Shown here in pieces: positions 48,860 to 57,334 of a stretch of DNA of 64,000 nt (within the stretch, counting starts at the first letter, position 1; every line of letters begins with the position of its first letter). The notes beneath the pieces are model-generated. The model did not search any database, was not told where the DNA came from, and saw only the letters and a program-made list of their open reading frames with translations. The translations under genes and the position numbers were made by a program. Origin of the DNA: an uncultured Phycisphaerales bacterium (lineage in GTDB: Bacteria; Planctomycetota; Phycisphaerae; Phycisphaerales; SM1A02); NCBI GenBank assembly GCA_938084645.1, contig CALKEP010000052.1:1722-65721 (forward strand). Direction: 5' to 3'.

Positions 48860-49572
48860 CCAACACGCCCGTGATCCGGGAATTCCGACCCGCGTCGTGG
48901 TTCGGTTTCGACGCTCGCGACCTCGCTGAGCCAACCGTGCTTCCGCATCGGCCCTGAATCGTCCGCCGGGTCCTCCAGCGGCGTGCGTGATCGGCGAAGG
49001 TGGCCGCGAGACGACCTCACGTCGCCCACCGCGAAGCCGCCCCGTGCTCTGGTCGCCCCGGACCGAGCCTTGACCGGAGAGGTGACCGCACGCGGCGCGA
49101 ACCACGCGTGCATCTCGGTGAAGAAAAGGCTCGTGAACATCACGTCCAGCGCGAGGCGCAGCACCGACACGAGGCGCAACACGCCCGGGTCCGACGCGGA
49201 TTCTCGAGCATCACCTCGTCTCGTGGAACTTCGGATTCGGTCGAGCGCTCATCACGGCGTGCTCGATTGCTCGTGGATGGCGGCGTGACGGGGATCTGGG
49301 ATGTCCTGAACGGCAACCGTGGTGCAGGGTTGTCGGCAGAGGAATGCACGCGTTTCCGGAGGGGAACATCGCTGGGATCGGACGGTGTCCGGTTCGCCCG
49401 GGCTGCTCACGATCCCGGAGCCGGACGCGAACGATCGTGATGTCGTCCTCGTATCGTGGTATTCCTGTGCCTTGCGAATCGGGGCGGTGGAACCACCGGC
49501 ATTCACCGCCGGTTGCTCACGGTCGAAGGCGGGAGAGCGCTCGCCGGGCCGCAACACTGGAGCTGTGTCCAA

Positions 49573-50394
49573 ATGTCGAATTCAACGTGCTGGTCGTTCT
49601 GCTGGATGTCGCTGGTCCTTGCCACCGTCTGCCCGAGCATCGGCTGCCAGCAGGTGTCGGGCACCGACCGCCGTCAGTTGAACACCTACTCCGTCGCCGA
49701 TGAGATCACGCTGGGAGACGCGGCGTTCGAGGAGATGCTCGCATCGGCGCGACTCATCACGTCCGGTGCGGAGTTCGAGCAGGTTCAACGGGTCTCGGCG
49801 CGGATCGCCGCCGCCGCCGTGCGGCTGCATCCCGAGGTGGCCGATCGGTTCGAGTGGGAAGTGGTCCTGATCGACGATGACGACGTGGTCAACGCCTGGG
49901 CGCTTCCCGGCGGGAAGATGGCGGTCTACACCGGCATGCTCCCGTACACCCGGACCGAGGATGGTCTCGCCGCGGTGATGGGGCACGAGGCCGCCCATGC
50001 GATCGCCCGGCACGGGGGTGAGAACATGACCCGCCAGGCCCTCGCCGGTCTCGTCGCGATGGGCGCCGCCCTCGCGGTCGACCCGGAGGACCGCGAGCTG
50101 GTCGCGCTGGCGGCGGGCGCGTACGGCCTGCTCGGCGAACCCGCATTCAGTCGAGCTCAGGAATCCGAGGCCGATGAACTGGGACTCTTCCTGGCCGCGG
50201 ACGCCGGATACGACCCTCGGGAGGCGGTCCTGCTCTGGCAGCGGATGGGGGAACGAGGAGGCGAACCACTCGAATTCCTCTCGACCCATCCGAACAGCGA
50301 GACCCGGGTCCGGCGGCTCGAAGCGCTGATGCCGCTGGCCGACGAGATTCGTCGTCGACGGCGTTTCGAATCGGTGGACTCGAGCCCGCCGTGA
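49573..50394 (+). CDS. M48-family zinc metallopeptidase lipoprotein
   Basis: 273 aa from the ATG at 49573, with lipobox CPSIGC. It has the HExxH motif (MGHEAAHAIARHG), a downstream glutamate (ESEADELG) and LSTHP. Confidence 0.85.
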   Translation: MSNSTCWSFCWMSLVLATVCPSIGCQQVSGTDRRQLNTYSVADEITLGDAAFEEMLASARLITSGAEFEQVQRVSARIAAAAVRLHPEVADRFEWEVVLIDDDDVVNAWALPGGKMAVYTGMLPYTRTEDGLAAVMGHEAAHAIARHGGENMTRQALAGLVAMGAALAVDPEDRELVALAAGAYGLLGEPAFSRAQESEADELGLFLAADAGYDPREAVLLWQRMGERGGEPLEFLSTHPNSETRVRRLEALMPLADEIRRRRRFESVDSSPP

Positions 50395-50543
50395 GACGGG
50401 TCGGCCCGCTCGGGCGGCGGGGTGATTTCCGCCGCCTCTCGGCGCATTCCCGGCCATGAGGCGTCACAATGGGGCGGACCCGGGTCCGGTGGGGTTCGTC
50501 ATGGTGGCGGATTCGATCGGCAGGCCTTTCAAGGAGCTCAACC

Positions 50544-52439
50544 GTGGCAACGAAGTCGTCATACACGCCCGTGACGCTCCCGAACCCCGGTCGAAATCGG
50601 TGGCAGCGTGTCCTCTTCGAAGCCTTGCGGCCGGCGATCGACATGGGGCTGGGCCTCCGCAAGCTCAACGAGATCTATCGGGACGAGGTCCTGACGACGG
50701 ACGAATCGCTGCCACCCGGCGAGCGTTTCCTCCGGGGCTTCAATGCCGGCTACCTCACCGGCGACGAGGAACTGGCTCGCATCCCGAAGACCGGTCCCCT
50801 GGTGGTCGTCGCCAACCACGCCTTCGGCGGGTTGGACGCGATGATCCTCGACGACCTCGTCGCCAAGGTCCGGCCGGACGTTCGCTTCATCGCGAACTCG
50901 ATCCTGGCCGAGGTCCCGGCGATCGGTCCCCGCATCTTTCCCGTCGATCCCTTCGGGGGTCGTGACGCCGCCCGACGGAACGCCGGCTCGCTCCGGCGCG
51001 CCAAGGCGTGGATCGCGGACGGGGGAAGTCTCGCGGTGTTCCCCGCGGGCGAGGTGGCGCACTCGACGTGGAAGCGTCTCGCCGTCACCGATCCGCCGTG
51101 GAACCCGATCATCGCGCGGTTGATCAAGTCGACCGGGGCGACCGTGGTGCCCGTCTTCTTCGAAGGCCGGAATTCGCTGCTCTTCCAGGCGGCGGGACTG
51201 ATCCACTCGCATCTGCGTTCGGTGCTGCTGGGTCGGGAGCTGCTTCGCATTCGCGGCCGACGCACCCGCGTCGCGATCGGCACGCCCTTGCGGGTCGATG
51301 AATTGGATCGCTTCGCGGCCCCGGAGGATCTCATCGAGTTCCTGCGGCTTCGCACCTTCGTGCTTCGGTCGCGTCTCGAACGCGAGTCGTCGGAGGAGAG
51401 CCGCCGTCTCCATTCGATCGTGCGATCGATCCCGCTGCGGTCGAGGAAGCCGGAGCCGGTCCGCATGGAGCCGGTCGCGACCACGCCGACGCACGATCCC
51501 GATCAACTCGCGTCGGAGATCCTCGCGCTCCCGCCGGAACAGATCCTGGTCAAGCGTGGCGATCAGCGGGTCGTCTACGCGGAAGCCGATCAGATTCCGA
51601 TGGTCCTCAAGGAGATCGGACGGCTGCGTGAGTTGAGTTTCCGAGCGGTCGGCGAAGGCACGGGACGATCGATCGATCTCGACGACTACGATCCGAGCTA
51701 CCTGCATCTGATCCTCTGGGACGAACGGACCTCCTCGGTCATCGGGTCCTATCGCCTCGGTCGGACCGACCAGATCATCGATTGTCACGGGATCGACGGG
51801 CTCTACACCCGGACGCTCTTCGACTACGACGAGTCGTTGATTCGCGAGCTCGGGCCCTCGCTCGAGATGGGGCGTTCCTTCGTCCATCCGGACCACCAGC
51901 GGCGGGTCGAGCCGTTGATGCTGCTCTGGAAGGGGATCGCCCGGTACTCCGGACGATTTCCGAAGTACCGACGCCTCTTCGGTCCGGTCTCGATCAGTGC
52001 GGAGTACCACGCGACGTCGACCAGGCTCCTGCTCTCGTTCCTGAAGGCCACCAAGCGGATCTCCCGGCTCGAGGGTCTGGTTCGTCCGAGGAATCCGGTC
52101 AACATCGACCAGCCCCGGGACTGGGACCCCTCGTCGTTGCGGTCGGTCCGCAAGCTCAACGACATCGACGAACTGGTCAAGGAGATCGAGCAGGGTGAAC
52201 GGTCGGTTCCGGTGCTGGTCCGACAGTACCTGAAGCTCAACGCGGTCTTCCTCGGCTTCAACGTCGATCCCGAGTTCAGCAACGTGGTCGACGGCCTGGT
52301 GCTGGTCGACCTCTTCCGGATGAATCCGAGGCTCCTGCGGTTCTACATGGGTGAGGATCTCGTGGACGACTTCGTGGCCCTCCACTCGACGAGGGTCGGC
52401 GTCGAGGAGCCGGCGCACACGCTGGAGCCGATCGTCTGA
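50544..52439 (+). CDS. Bifunctional acyltransferase, OlsF-like (PlsC-type O-acyltransferase N-domain plus OlsB/GNAT-type N-acyltransferase C-domain)
   Basis: GTG start at 50544, 7 nt after AAGGAG. The N-domain has VVVANHAFGGLDA and FPAGEV acyltransferase blocks. The C-domain (LRELSFRAVGEGTGRSIDLDDYDPSYLHLILWDERTSSVIGSYRLG) matches the OlsB/Acetyltransf_5 pattern. Confidence 0.8.
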   Translation: MATKSSYTPVTLPNPGRNRWQRVLFEALRPAIDMGLGLRKLNEIYRDEVLTTDESLPPGERFLRGFNAGYLTGDEELARIPKTGPLVVVANHAFGGLDAMILDDLVAKVRPDVRFIANSILAEVPAIGPRIFPVDPFGGRDAARRNAGSLRRAKAWIADGGSLAVFPAGEVAHSTWKRLAVTDPPWNPIIARLIKSTGATVVPVFFEGRNSLLFQAAGLIHSHLRSVLLGRELLRIRGRRTRVAIGTPLRVDELDRFAAPEDLIEFLRLRTFVLRSRLERESSEESRRLHSIVRSIPLRSRKPEPVRMEPVATTPTHDPDQLASEILALPPEQILVKRGDQRVVYAEADQIPMVLKEIGRLRELSFRAVGEGTGRSIDLDDYDPSYLHLILWDERTSSVIGSYRLGRTDQIIDCHGIDGLYTRTLFDYDESLIRELGPSLEMGRSFVHPDHQRRVEPLMLLWKGIARYSGRFPKYRRLFGPVSISAEYHATSTRLLLSFLKATKRISRLEGLVRPRNPVNIDQPRDWDPSSLRSVRKLNDIDELVKEIEQGERSVPVLVRQYLKLNAVFLGFNVDPEFSNVVDGLVLVDLFRMNPRLLRFYMGEDLVDDFVALHSTRVGVEEPAHTLEPIV

Positions 52440-52507
52440 ATCCCGAGCCGTCCTCGCTCGCGAAGGCTCGTCGGTCGCTCGCTCGAGCGCTCCGCGACGC
52501 CCGCTGC

Positions 52508-54310
52508 GTGATGCTCGTGATCGCCGCGCTGCCGGCGGTCTGGTCCGGGACGGCCGCGGCCCAGACTTCGATCGTCGGGTCCGCGGAGATGACCCGCTAC
52601 GAGTCGATCGCCGATCTTCGGCTTCGCCCCGTGATCGACTTGGTGTGGTCGGTCGATGCCCCGGCTCCCGGTCTCGTCGAGCGATCGGGACGACTCTTGC
52701 AGGTGACGCCGATCCGCGGTGAGGACGGGACGCCGCTCGAGGAGTGGGTGATCGAGCAGGGGGACGGCACGATCATCGTGGTGGCGACGCGCGAGGGTGA
52801 CACGGTTCCGGGGCTTCGGACCTCGGTTCGCGTACGGGGGCGGTTCGAAGGGGAGATCGAGACCCGCGCCCGGGACGGCGTCGTCCGTCGGTGGCCCCTG
52901 TTCGTCGCCCGCCCCGTCGAGATGACGCCGAGCACCGGGGAATCGAACGTCTGGCTCGCGGCCGTGATCGCGATCCTCGCGTTCGGGGTGGTGCTTCTTC
53001 GTCGTCGGATCCGGCGCGGCGTGCCGGTCCCGATCGGGTCCGGACCCGCGTCGAGATTCGATTCGAGGACGGGTTCGGGAGTCGGGACCACGCCCGAGCC
53101 GATGAGCCTCCCGTCGGATCCCGTCGACGCCCTCGAGGTGCTGGCGGCTGGACGCCATCCTTCGGAGTCTTCTTCCATGCATCGTCGTCGACTGGAGTTC
53201 GAGCACGCGTCGACCACCGTCCTGGTGGGCCGAGGCCTGCTTCCCCGCGCCGGCGACCTGATCACCGGGGCGATTGGTCGCGAGACCGACATCCGCGCAT
53301 TCGTCGGTGTGGATCCGGGGCCGGGAGGCGTGGTCGAAGCGACGCACCTGCCTTCGTTGATCGGGGGGCTCGAGGGGGTTGGAGACGTGGTGACGTCGAC
53401 CGTGGAGGTGTCCGAGCCCGCGAAGTCGATGCCGGGCGTCGAAGCGCTCTGGGACCGAATGCTCGAGGCGGGGGTCGATCGCCGGTCGGTGGTCGTGGCG
53501 TTGGGCGGCGGAATCGCGTGCGACGTCGTGGGATTCGCGGCGAGTGGCTGGATGCGAGGCGTCGATCTCGTCCTCTGCCCGACGACGCTGCTCGGCATGG
53601 TCGATGCCGCGATCGGCGGGAAGACCGGGGTGAATCGACGACTTCCAAGCGGGGGCCTCGGCAAGAACCTCGTGGGCGCCTTCTGGCCCGCCCGACTCGT
53701 CATCTGCGACTGTGACGTGCTTCGAACCCTCGGTGATCGCGAGTTCCGGTCGGGGCTCGCGGAATGCGTCAAGCACGCCATCATCGACGGCCCCGACGCC
53801 CTGTCATCGCTCGAACGGGAGCTTCCGGGCGTGCTCGAGCGAGATCCGGACGTCCTGGCCCGGTTCATCGACCGATCCGCGGGCGTGAAGATCGGCATCG
53901 TCGAGCGGGACCCGCGTGAGGCCGGCGATCGAGCATTCCTCAACCTCGGGCACACCTACGCTCACGCCCTCGAGAGTCGGACCGAACTGGGGCTCGCGCA
54001 TGGCGAAGCGGTGGCGATCGGACTCGTCGCGGCCTGTCGTGCCGCGGTCGCCGCGGGGCTGCAGTCCGGCTCCGCGATGGAGGATCGGATTCGAGCCCTT
54101 CTCGCTGAAGCCGGGCTTCCCACGGCGGTTCGGGGGATCGGGGCGGCCGACCTCGATGGCCTCACGGCGGCGATGCGGGTCGACAAGAAGGCGAGTCACG
54201 GTCGAATCCGCCTGGTCCTCCCCCGCGACATCGGCGATGTGGTGGTGGTGGACGATCCAGGCGACTCGGTCGTCCGGGCCGGCTGGGCCGCGGTGATCGA
54301 CCCGGGGTGA
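52508..54310 (+). CDS. aroB: 3-dehydroquinate synthase with an in-frame 223-aa N-terminal extension (signal peptide, beta-rich domain, TM helix)
   Basis: The AroB core runs 53177..54310 (GGGIACDVVGFAASGWMRGVDLVLCPTTLLGMVDAAIGGKTGVN, NLGHTYAHALE, HGEAVAIG). There is no stop codon between 52508 and 53177. The extension has MMLVIAALPAVWSGTAAAQ, then TM VWLAAVIAILAFGVVLL followed by RRRIRR. Confidence 0.85.
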   Translation: MMLVIAALPAVWSGTAAAQTSIVGSAEMTRYESIADLRLRPVIDLVWSVDAPAPGLVERSGRLLQVTPIRGEDGTPLEEWVIEQGDGTIIVVATREGDTVPGLRTSVRVRGRFEGEIETRARDGVVRRWPLFVARPVEMTPSTGESNVWLAAVIAILAFGVVLLRRRIRRGVPVPIGSGPASRFDSRTGSGVGTTPEPMSLPSDPVDALEVLAAGRHPSESSSMHRRRLEFEHASTTVLVGRGLLPRAGDLITGAIGRETDIRAFVGVDPGPGGVVEATHLPSLIGGLEGVGDVVTSTVEVSEPAKSMPGVEALWDRMLEAGVDRRSVVVALGGGIACDVVGFAASGWMRGVDLVLCPTTLLGMVDAAIGGKTGVNRRLPSGGLGKNLVGAFWPARLVICDCDVLRTLGDREFRSGLAECVKHAIIDGPDALSSLERELPGVLERDPDVLARFIDRSAGVKIGIVERDPREAGDRAFLNLGHTYAHALESRTELGLAHGEAVAIGLVAACRAAVAAGLQSGSAMEDRIRALLAEAGLPTAVRGIGAADLDGLTAAMRVDKKASHGRIRLVLPRDIGDVVVVDDPGDSVVRAGWAAVIDPG

Positions 54311-54461
54311 TGGGGGCCGGGGGCTCGACCGAGCGGCCGCTCGTCCTCAAGTTTGGAGCAGGATCCGCCGCACGGCCGATCTCTTCGAAGTCCGGGCGGG
54401 GCTGCTCACCGTGAAGCACCACGCCGCTTCGGCCCAGAACCCCCGCGAGTACCGGTTCCCC

Positions 54462-55793
54462 ATGCGGATCATCTCGATCGTCAACCAGAAGGGCGGCTGT
54501 GGCAAGACCACGACCGCCGTCAATCTCGCCGCCGTACTCGCTTCCCTGGGGCGTCGGGTCATGCTCGTGGATCTCGATCCTCAGGGGCACTGTGCGGCCG
54601 CGTTGGGGGTCCCGGACGAGGAGATCGAGTACAGCACCATCGATCTTCTGCTCGATCCTCCCGGACATCCGCTCGCACCGACGCAGGTCGCCGGCATGAC
54701 CTGGGAGGTCGCCTATGGCCTGCGACTGCTTCCAAGCACCGTTCGCCTCGCGCGGGCGGAGGCACCGGGTGGTGGTCTCATGCAGGCAGGCGATCGCGAT
54801 CGGCGGTTGCAGCGGGGGCTCGAAGCGTTCGCGGACACGATGGACTACTGCCTGATCGACTGCCCGCCGACCATCGGCATGCTGACCTTCAACGCGCTTC
54901 GGGCGGCCGACGAGGTCGTCGTGCCCGTCGAGACCGGATTCCTCGCGACCCGAGGCGCCCACCGCCAGTGGACGACCCTGCGGGCGATGGCGGCGCGGAT
55001 CGGTCGACCGATGCGGGCCAGACTCGTCCCGAATCTCCTTCACACCGAGCGAACCCTCGATCAGGACCTGCTGGACGCGCTGCGAGAGCGATTCGGCTCG
55101 GGTGTGTCACCCCATCCGATCCGCGATCACATCGAGATCCGGGAGGCGACCGCGTTCGGCCGGGCGGTGATCGAGCACGCGCCGGACTCCGAGGCCAGCG
55201 GCGACTACCAGCGGCTCGCGGCATGGATCGAGACCGAATCCGCCGCGGTCATCGAGCCGCCCGAGGCGGAGACCGACGTCCCGACGATCGACGAGGAACG
55301 CACCGCCGGCACATCGGGGCCGCCCGCGTTCGGCGAAGAGTCCGGGGTCCGCGAGGTCGAGATCTCGGGCCGGGCGGCGGAACTCGTCGGTCGTCTTCGG
55401 CCCGGGGCCAACACCCGGTCCGCGGAAACGCCTCGCCCGGATGGAAACCGGGTGCGGATCGTCCAGCCCGCGATGCTGGGTGCGCAGATCGCGGTGACCG
55501 GCGACTTCAACCAGTGGCACGACGCGGGGCTTCCATTGCGCCCGATCGAAGGTCATCCCGACGGTGATCGCTGGGTCGGGATCGAACTTCCGGTCACGGG
55601 CTCGGTCCGCTACCGACTCGTGGTGGACGGTCGCACGATGCTCGATCCTGCGAACCCGCACGTGGCCGAAGGTCCCGACGGCCGGCCCGCGAGCGTGCTG
55701 ATGGTCCAGTCCGCGAACTCCGGGGCGCCGACCGCGTCGCCCGCCTTCGTGGACCTCGGCACCGTCGGAGACGGTGGTACTCTCTCGACCTGA
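54462..55793 (+). CDS. ParA/Soj-type ATPase fused to a C-terminal CBM48 / AMPK-beta-like glycogen-binding module
   Basis: Deviant Walker A (IVNQKGGCGKTTTAVNLA) and Walker B-like (YCLIDCPP). The C-terminus (IAVTGDFNQWHDAG...WVGIELPVTGSVRYRLVVDGRTMLDPANP...SVLMV) has CBM48-like spacing. Confidence 0.85.
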   Translation: MRIISIVNQKGGCGKTTTAVNLAAVLASLGRRVMLVDLDPQGHCAAALGVPDEEIEYSTIDLLLDPPGHPLAPTQVAGMTWEVAYGLRLLPSTVRLARAEAPGGGLMQAGDRDRRLQRGLEAFADTMDYCLIDCPPTIGMLTFNALRAADEVVVPVETGFLATRGAHRQWTTLRAMAARIGRPMRARLVPNLLHTERTLDQDLLDALRERFGSGVSPHPIRDHIEIREATAFGRAVIEHAPDSEASGDYQRLAAWIETESAAVIEPPEAETDVPTIDEERTAGTSGPPAFGEESGVREVEISGRAAELVGRLRPGANTRSAETPRPDGNRVRIVQPAMLGAQIAVTGDFNQWHDAGLPLRPIEGHPDGDRWVGIELPVTGSVRYRLVVDGRTMLDPANPHVAEGPDGRPASVLMVQSANSGAPTASPAFVDLGTVGDGGTLST

Positions 55794-55848
55794 CATCGAT
55801 CCCGACGTCTTCCGGCGTCGTTCGATCGGAAATCCCGGAGCGTGAAGC

Positions 55849-57324
55849 ATGGATGCGGCCCGCGACCCCTTTGAAGAACTCACCGATCTCTTCCTGAGCG
55901 ACGATCCCGTCCTGGACGCCCCGGAACGCGAGCCGTTGCCGGCGACGGCGTCCGCGACCGTCGCCTCGCCGGCCGAGCCGAAGCTGACCATCGCGATCTG
56001 CGGCCATCTGCCGGTGATGGCGGGGCTCTGGGTCACGCAATACGCCGATCGGGTCGCGGAGGAGCATGGACCGACCGGACTCGTTCGGTTGGAAGGCGGC
56101 CGGTGCTCGATCGAGATCTTTCGAGCGTCGAGTCGCGTGGAGAGGCCGGAAGGCGTCGACCTCGCGACGGCGGCGGGGCGCGTCGCCGACGAGATTCGGC
56201 GTTGGGTCGTCTGTGTCGACGATCGCGATGCGGCCGAAGCCGTTCGAGCCGGTGCCGACGAAGTCGTCATCCTGACCGCGGCGGAGCAGCCCGCGGTGAT
56301 CGAGGCCTATCGCCTCGCGAAGGGGGCGGCGGCGCGGGTCGCCGCGGAACAGCCCCTCGACCTCGGACTCGTCGTGGTCGGGGCCGACGAGGATCGGGCC
56401 GGTGGCGCGGCGGACGTGCTCTCGGAGGCCGCGAACCGGCATCTCGATCGCCCGCTTCCGGTGGTGGCGATGGTCCGTCGGCTCGACGTGGTGGAGGGAT
56501 CCCAGCGAATCATGTTCGAGGAATCGGTGCGGCGAACGGCCCAGGAGGTCGTCACCGCGATTCGGGCCTCGCTCGACGCGGCGCAGTTCGACACGCCGCC
56601 GGCGACGCCCTTGCCCCGCCCGTTCGGGGACGAGCCGGCCGGCTCGAACGCCGGCCCGAACGCGGGATTGCGTCTGGCGGGTTTCGAGGAGTCGACGAGT
56701 TCCGGCCCGCCGCCCAAGTCCGTGCGTCCGACGCCGTCGCGGCGCGGCGGCATCGGAATGCAGCCACTCTTTCCCGCGGAGTCTCCGAAGCGAGCCGTGG
56801 TTCGACCCGTCCGCTTGAGTCCGGCGCCGACCGGCCAGGCGGGGGCGCCCGCGTTCCGGTCGACCGACGCGTCGAAGGACGTCGAAGCCGCTTCCGGGAT
56901 CGAGACGTCGCACGCCTCGGCCGCCGAGTCCGCGCCCGCCGTGGAAGCCGATGCGGTCGAGGTGGTCGGTGCGACGAACTGGTCGAAGTGGATCGACGGG
57001 ATCTCGGTCGCGAGCTTCCGGTGTCCGATCGCCCCCGAGGTGGAGTTCGGTCTCGACGAGGACGGGCGGCTGCATCTGCTCTGCGAGCACGGGGCGATCG
57101 AGTCCTTGCGCATCGCGGAAGCCTGGCTCGGCGCAAACCGCGAACTCGTCACGCTCGCCACCGGTTTCAACGGCGCGACGTCGCTCCATGTCTTCACCCG
57201 GGACGCGCCGGCGGTCGCCGATCTCCATCGCGCCGGCATCCGACTCCACCTGCTCGTCGAGGACGGCGCGGGCGGTCGCTGCCTTCCGTTGAACACGTCG
57301 TCGAACGCCATCGCACCGGTCTGA
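55849..57324 (+). CDS. Hypothetical protein with an N-terminal ParA/MinD-like fold lacking a P-loop, a Pro/Ala-rich linker and an unknown C-terminal domain
   Basis: 491 aa, with GGAG 8 nt upstream of the ATG. KLTIAICGHLPVMAGLWVTQYADRVAEEHGPTGLVRLE aligns with the ParA N-terminus of the preceding gene, but the GKT motif is absent. Later segments are WVVCVDD and VVILT. Confidence 0.6.
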   Translation: MDAARDPFEELTDLFLSDDPVLDAPEREPLPATASATVASPAEPKLTIAICGHLPVMAGLWVTQYADRVAEEHGPTGLVRLEGGRCSIEIFRASSRVERPEGVDLATAAGRVADEIRRWVVCVDDRDAAEAVRAGADEVVILTAAEQPAVIEAYRLAKGAAARVAAEQPLDLGLVVVGADEDRAGGAADVLSEAANRHLDRPLPVVAMVRRLDVVEGSQRIMFEESVRRTAQEVVTAIRASLDAAQFDTPPATPLPRPFGDEPAGSNAGPNAGLRLAGFEESTSSGPPPKSVRPTPSRRGGIGMQPLFPAESPKRAVVRPVRLSPAPTGQAGAPAFRSTDASKDVEAASGIETSHASAAESAPAVEADAVEVVGATNWSKWIDGISVASFRCPIAPEVEFGLDEDGRLHLLCEHGAIESLRIAEAWLGANRELVTLATGFNGATSLHVFTRDAPAVADLHRAGIRLHLLVEDGAGGRCLPLNTSSNAIAPV

Positions 57325-57334
57325 CCGGTCGCGA

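Noticed and set aside
49456-49572. 39-codon N-terminal extension of the M48 peptidase ORF
   Set aside because: The extension precedes a good signal peptide and lipobox that start at the ATG at 49573, and it has no signal-like features itself.
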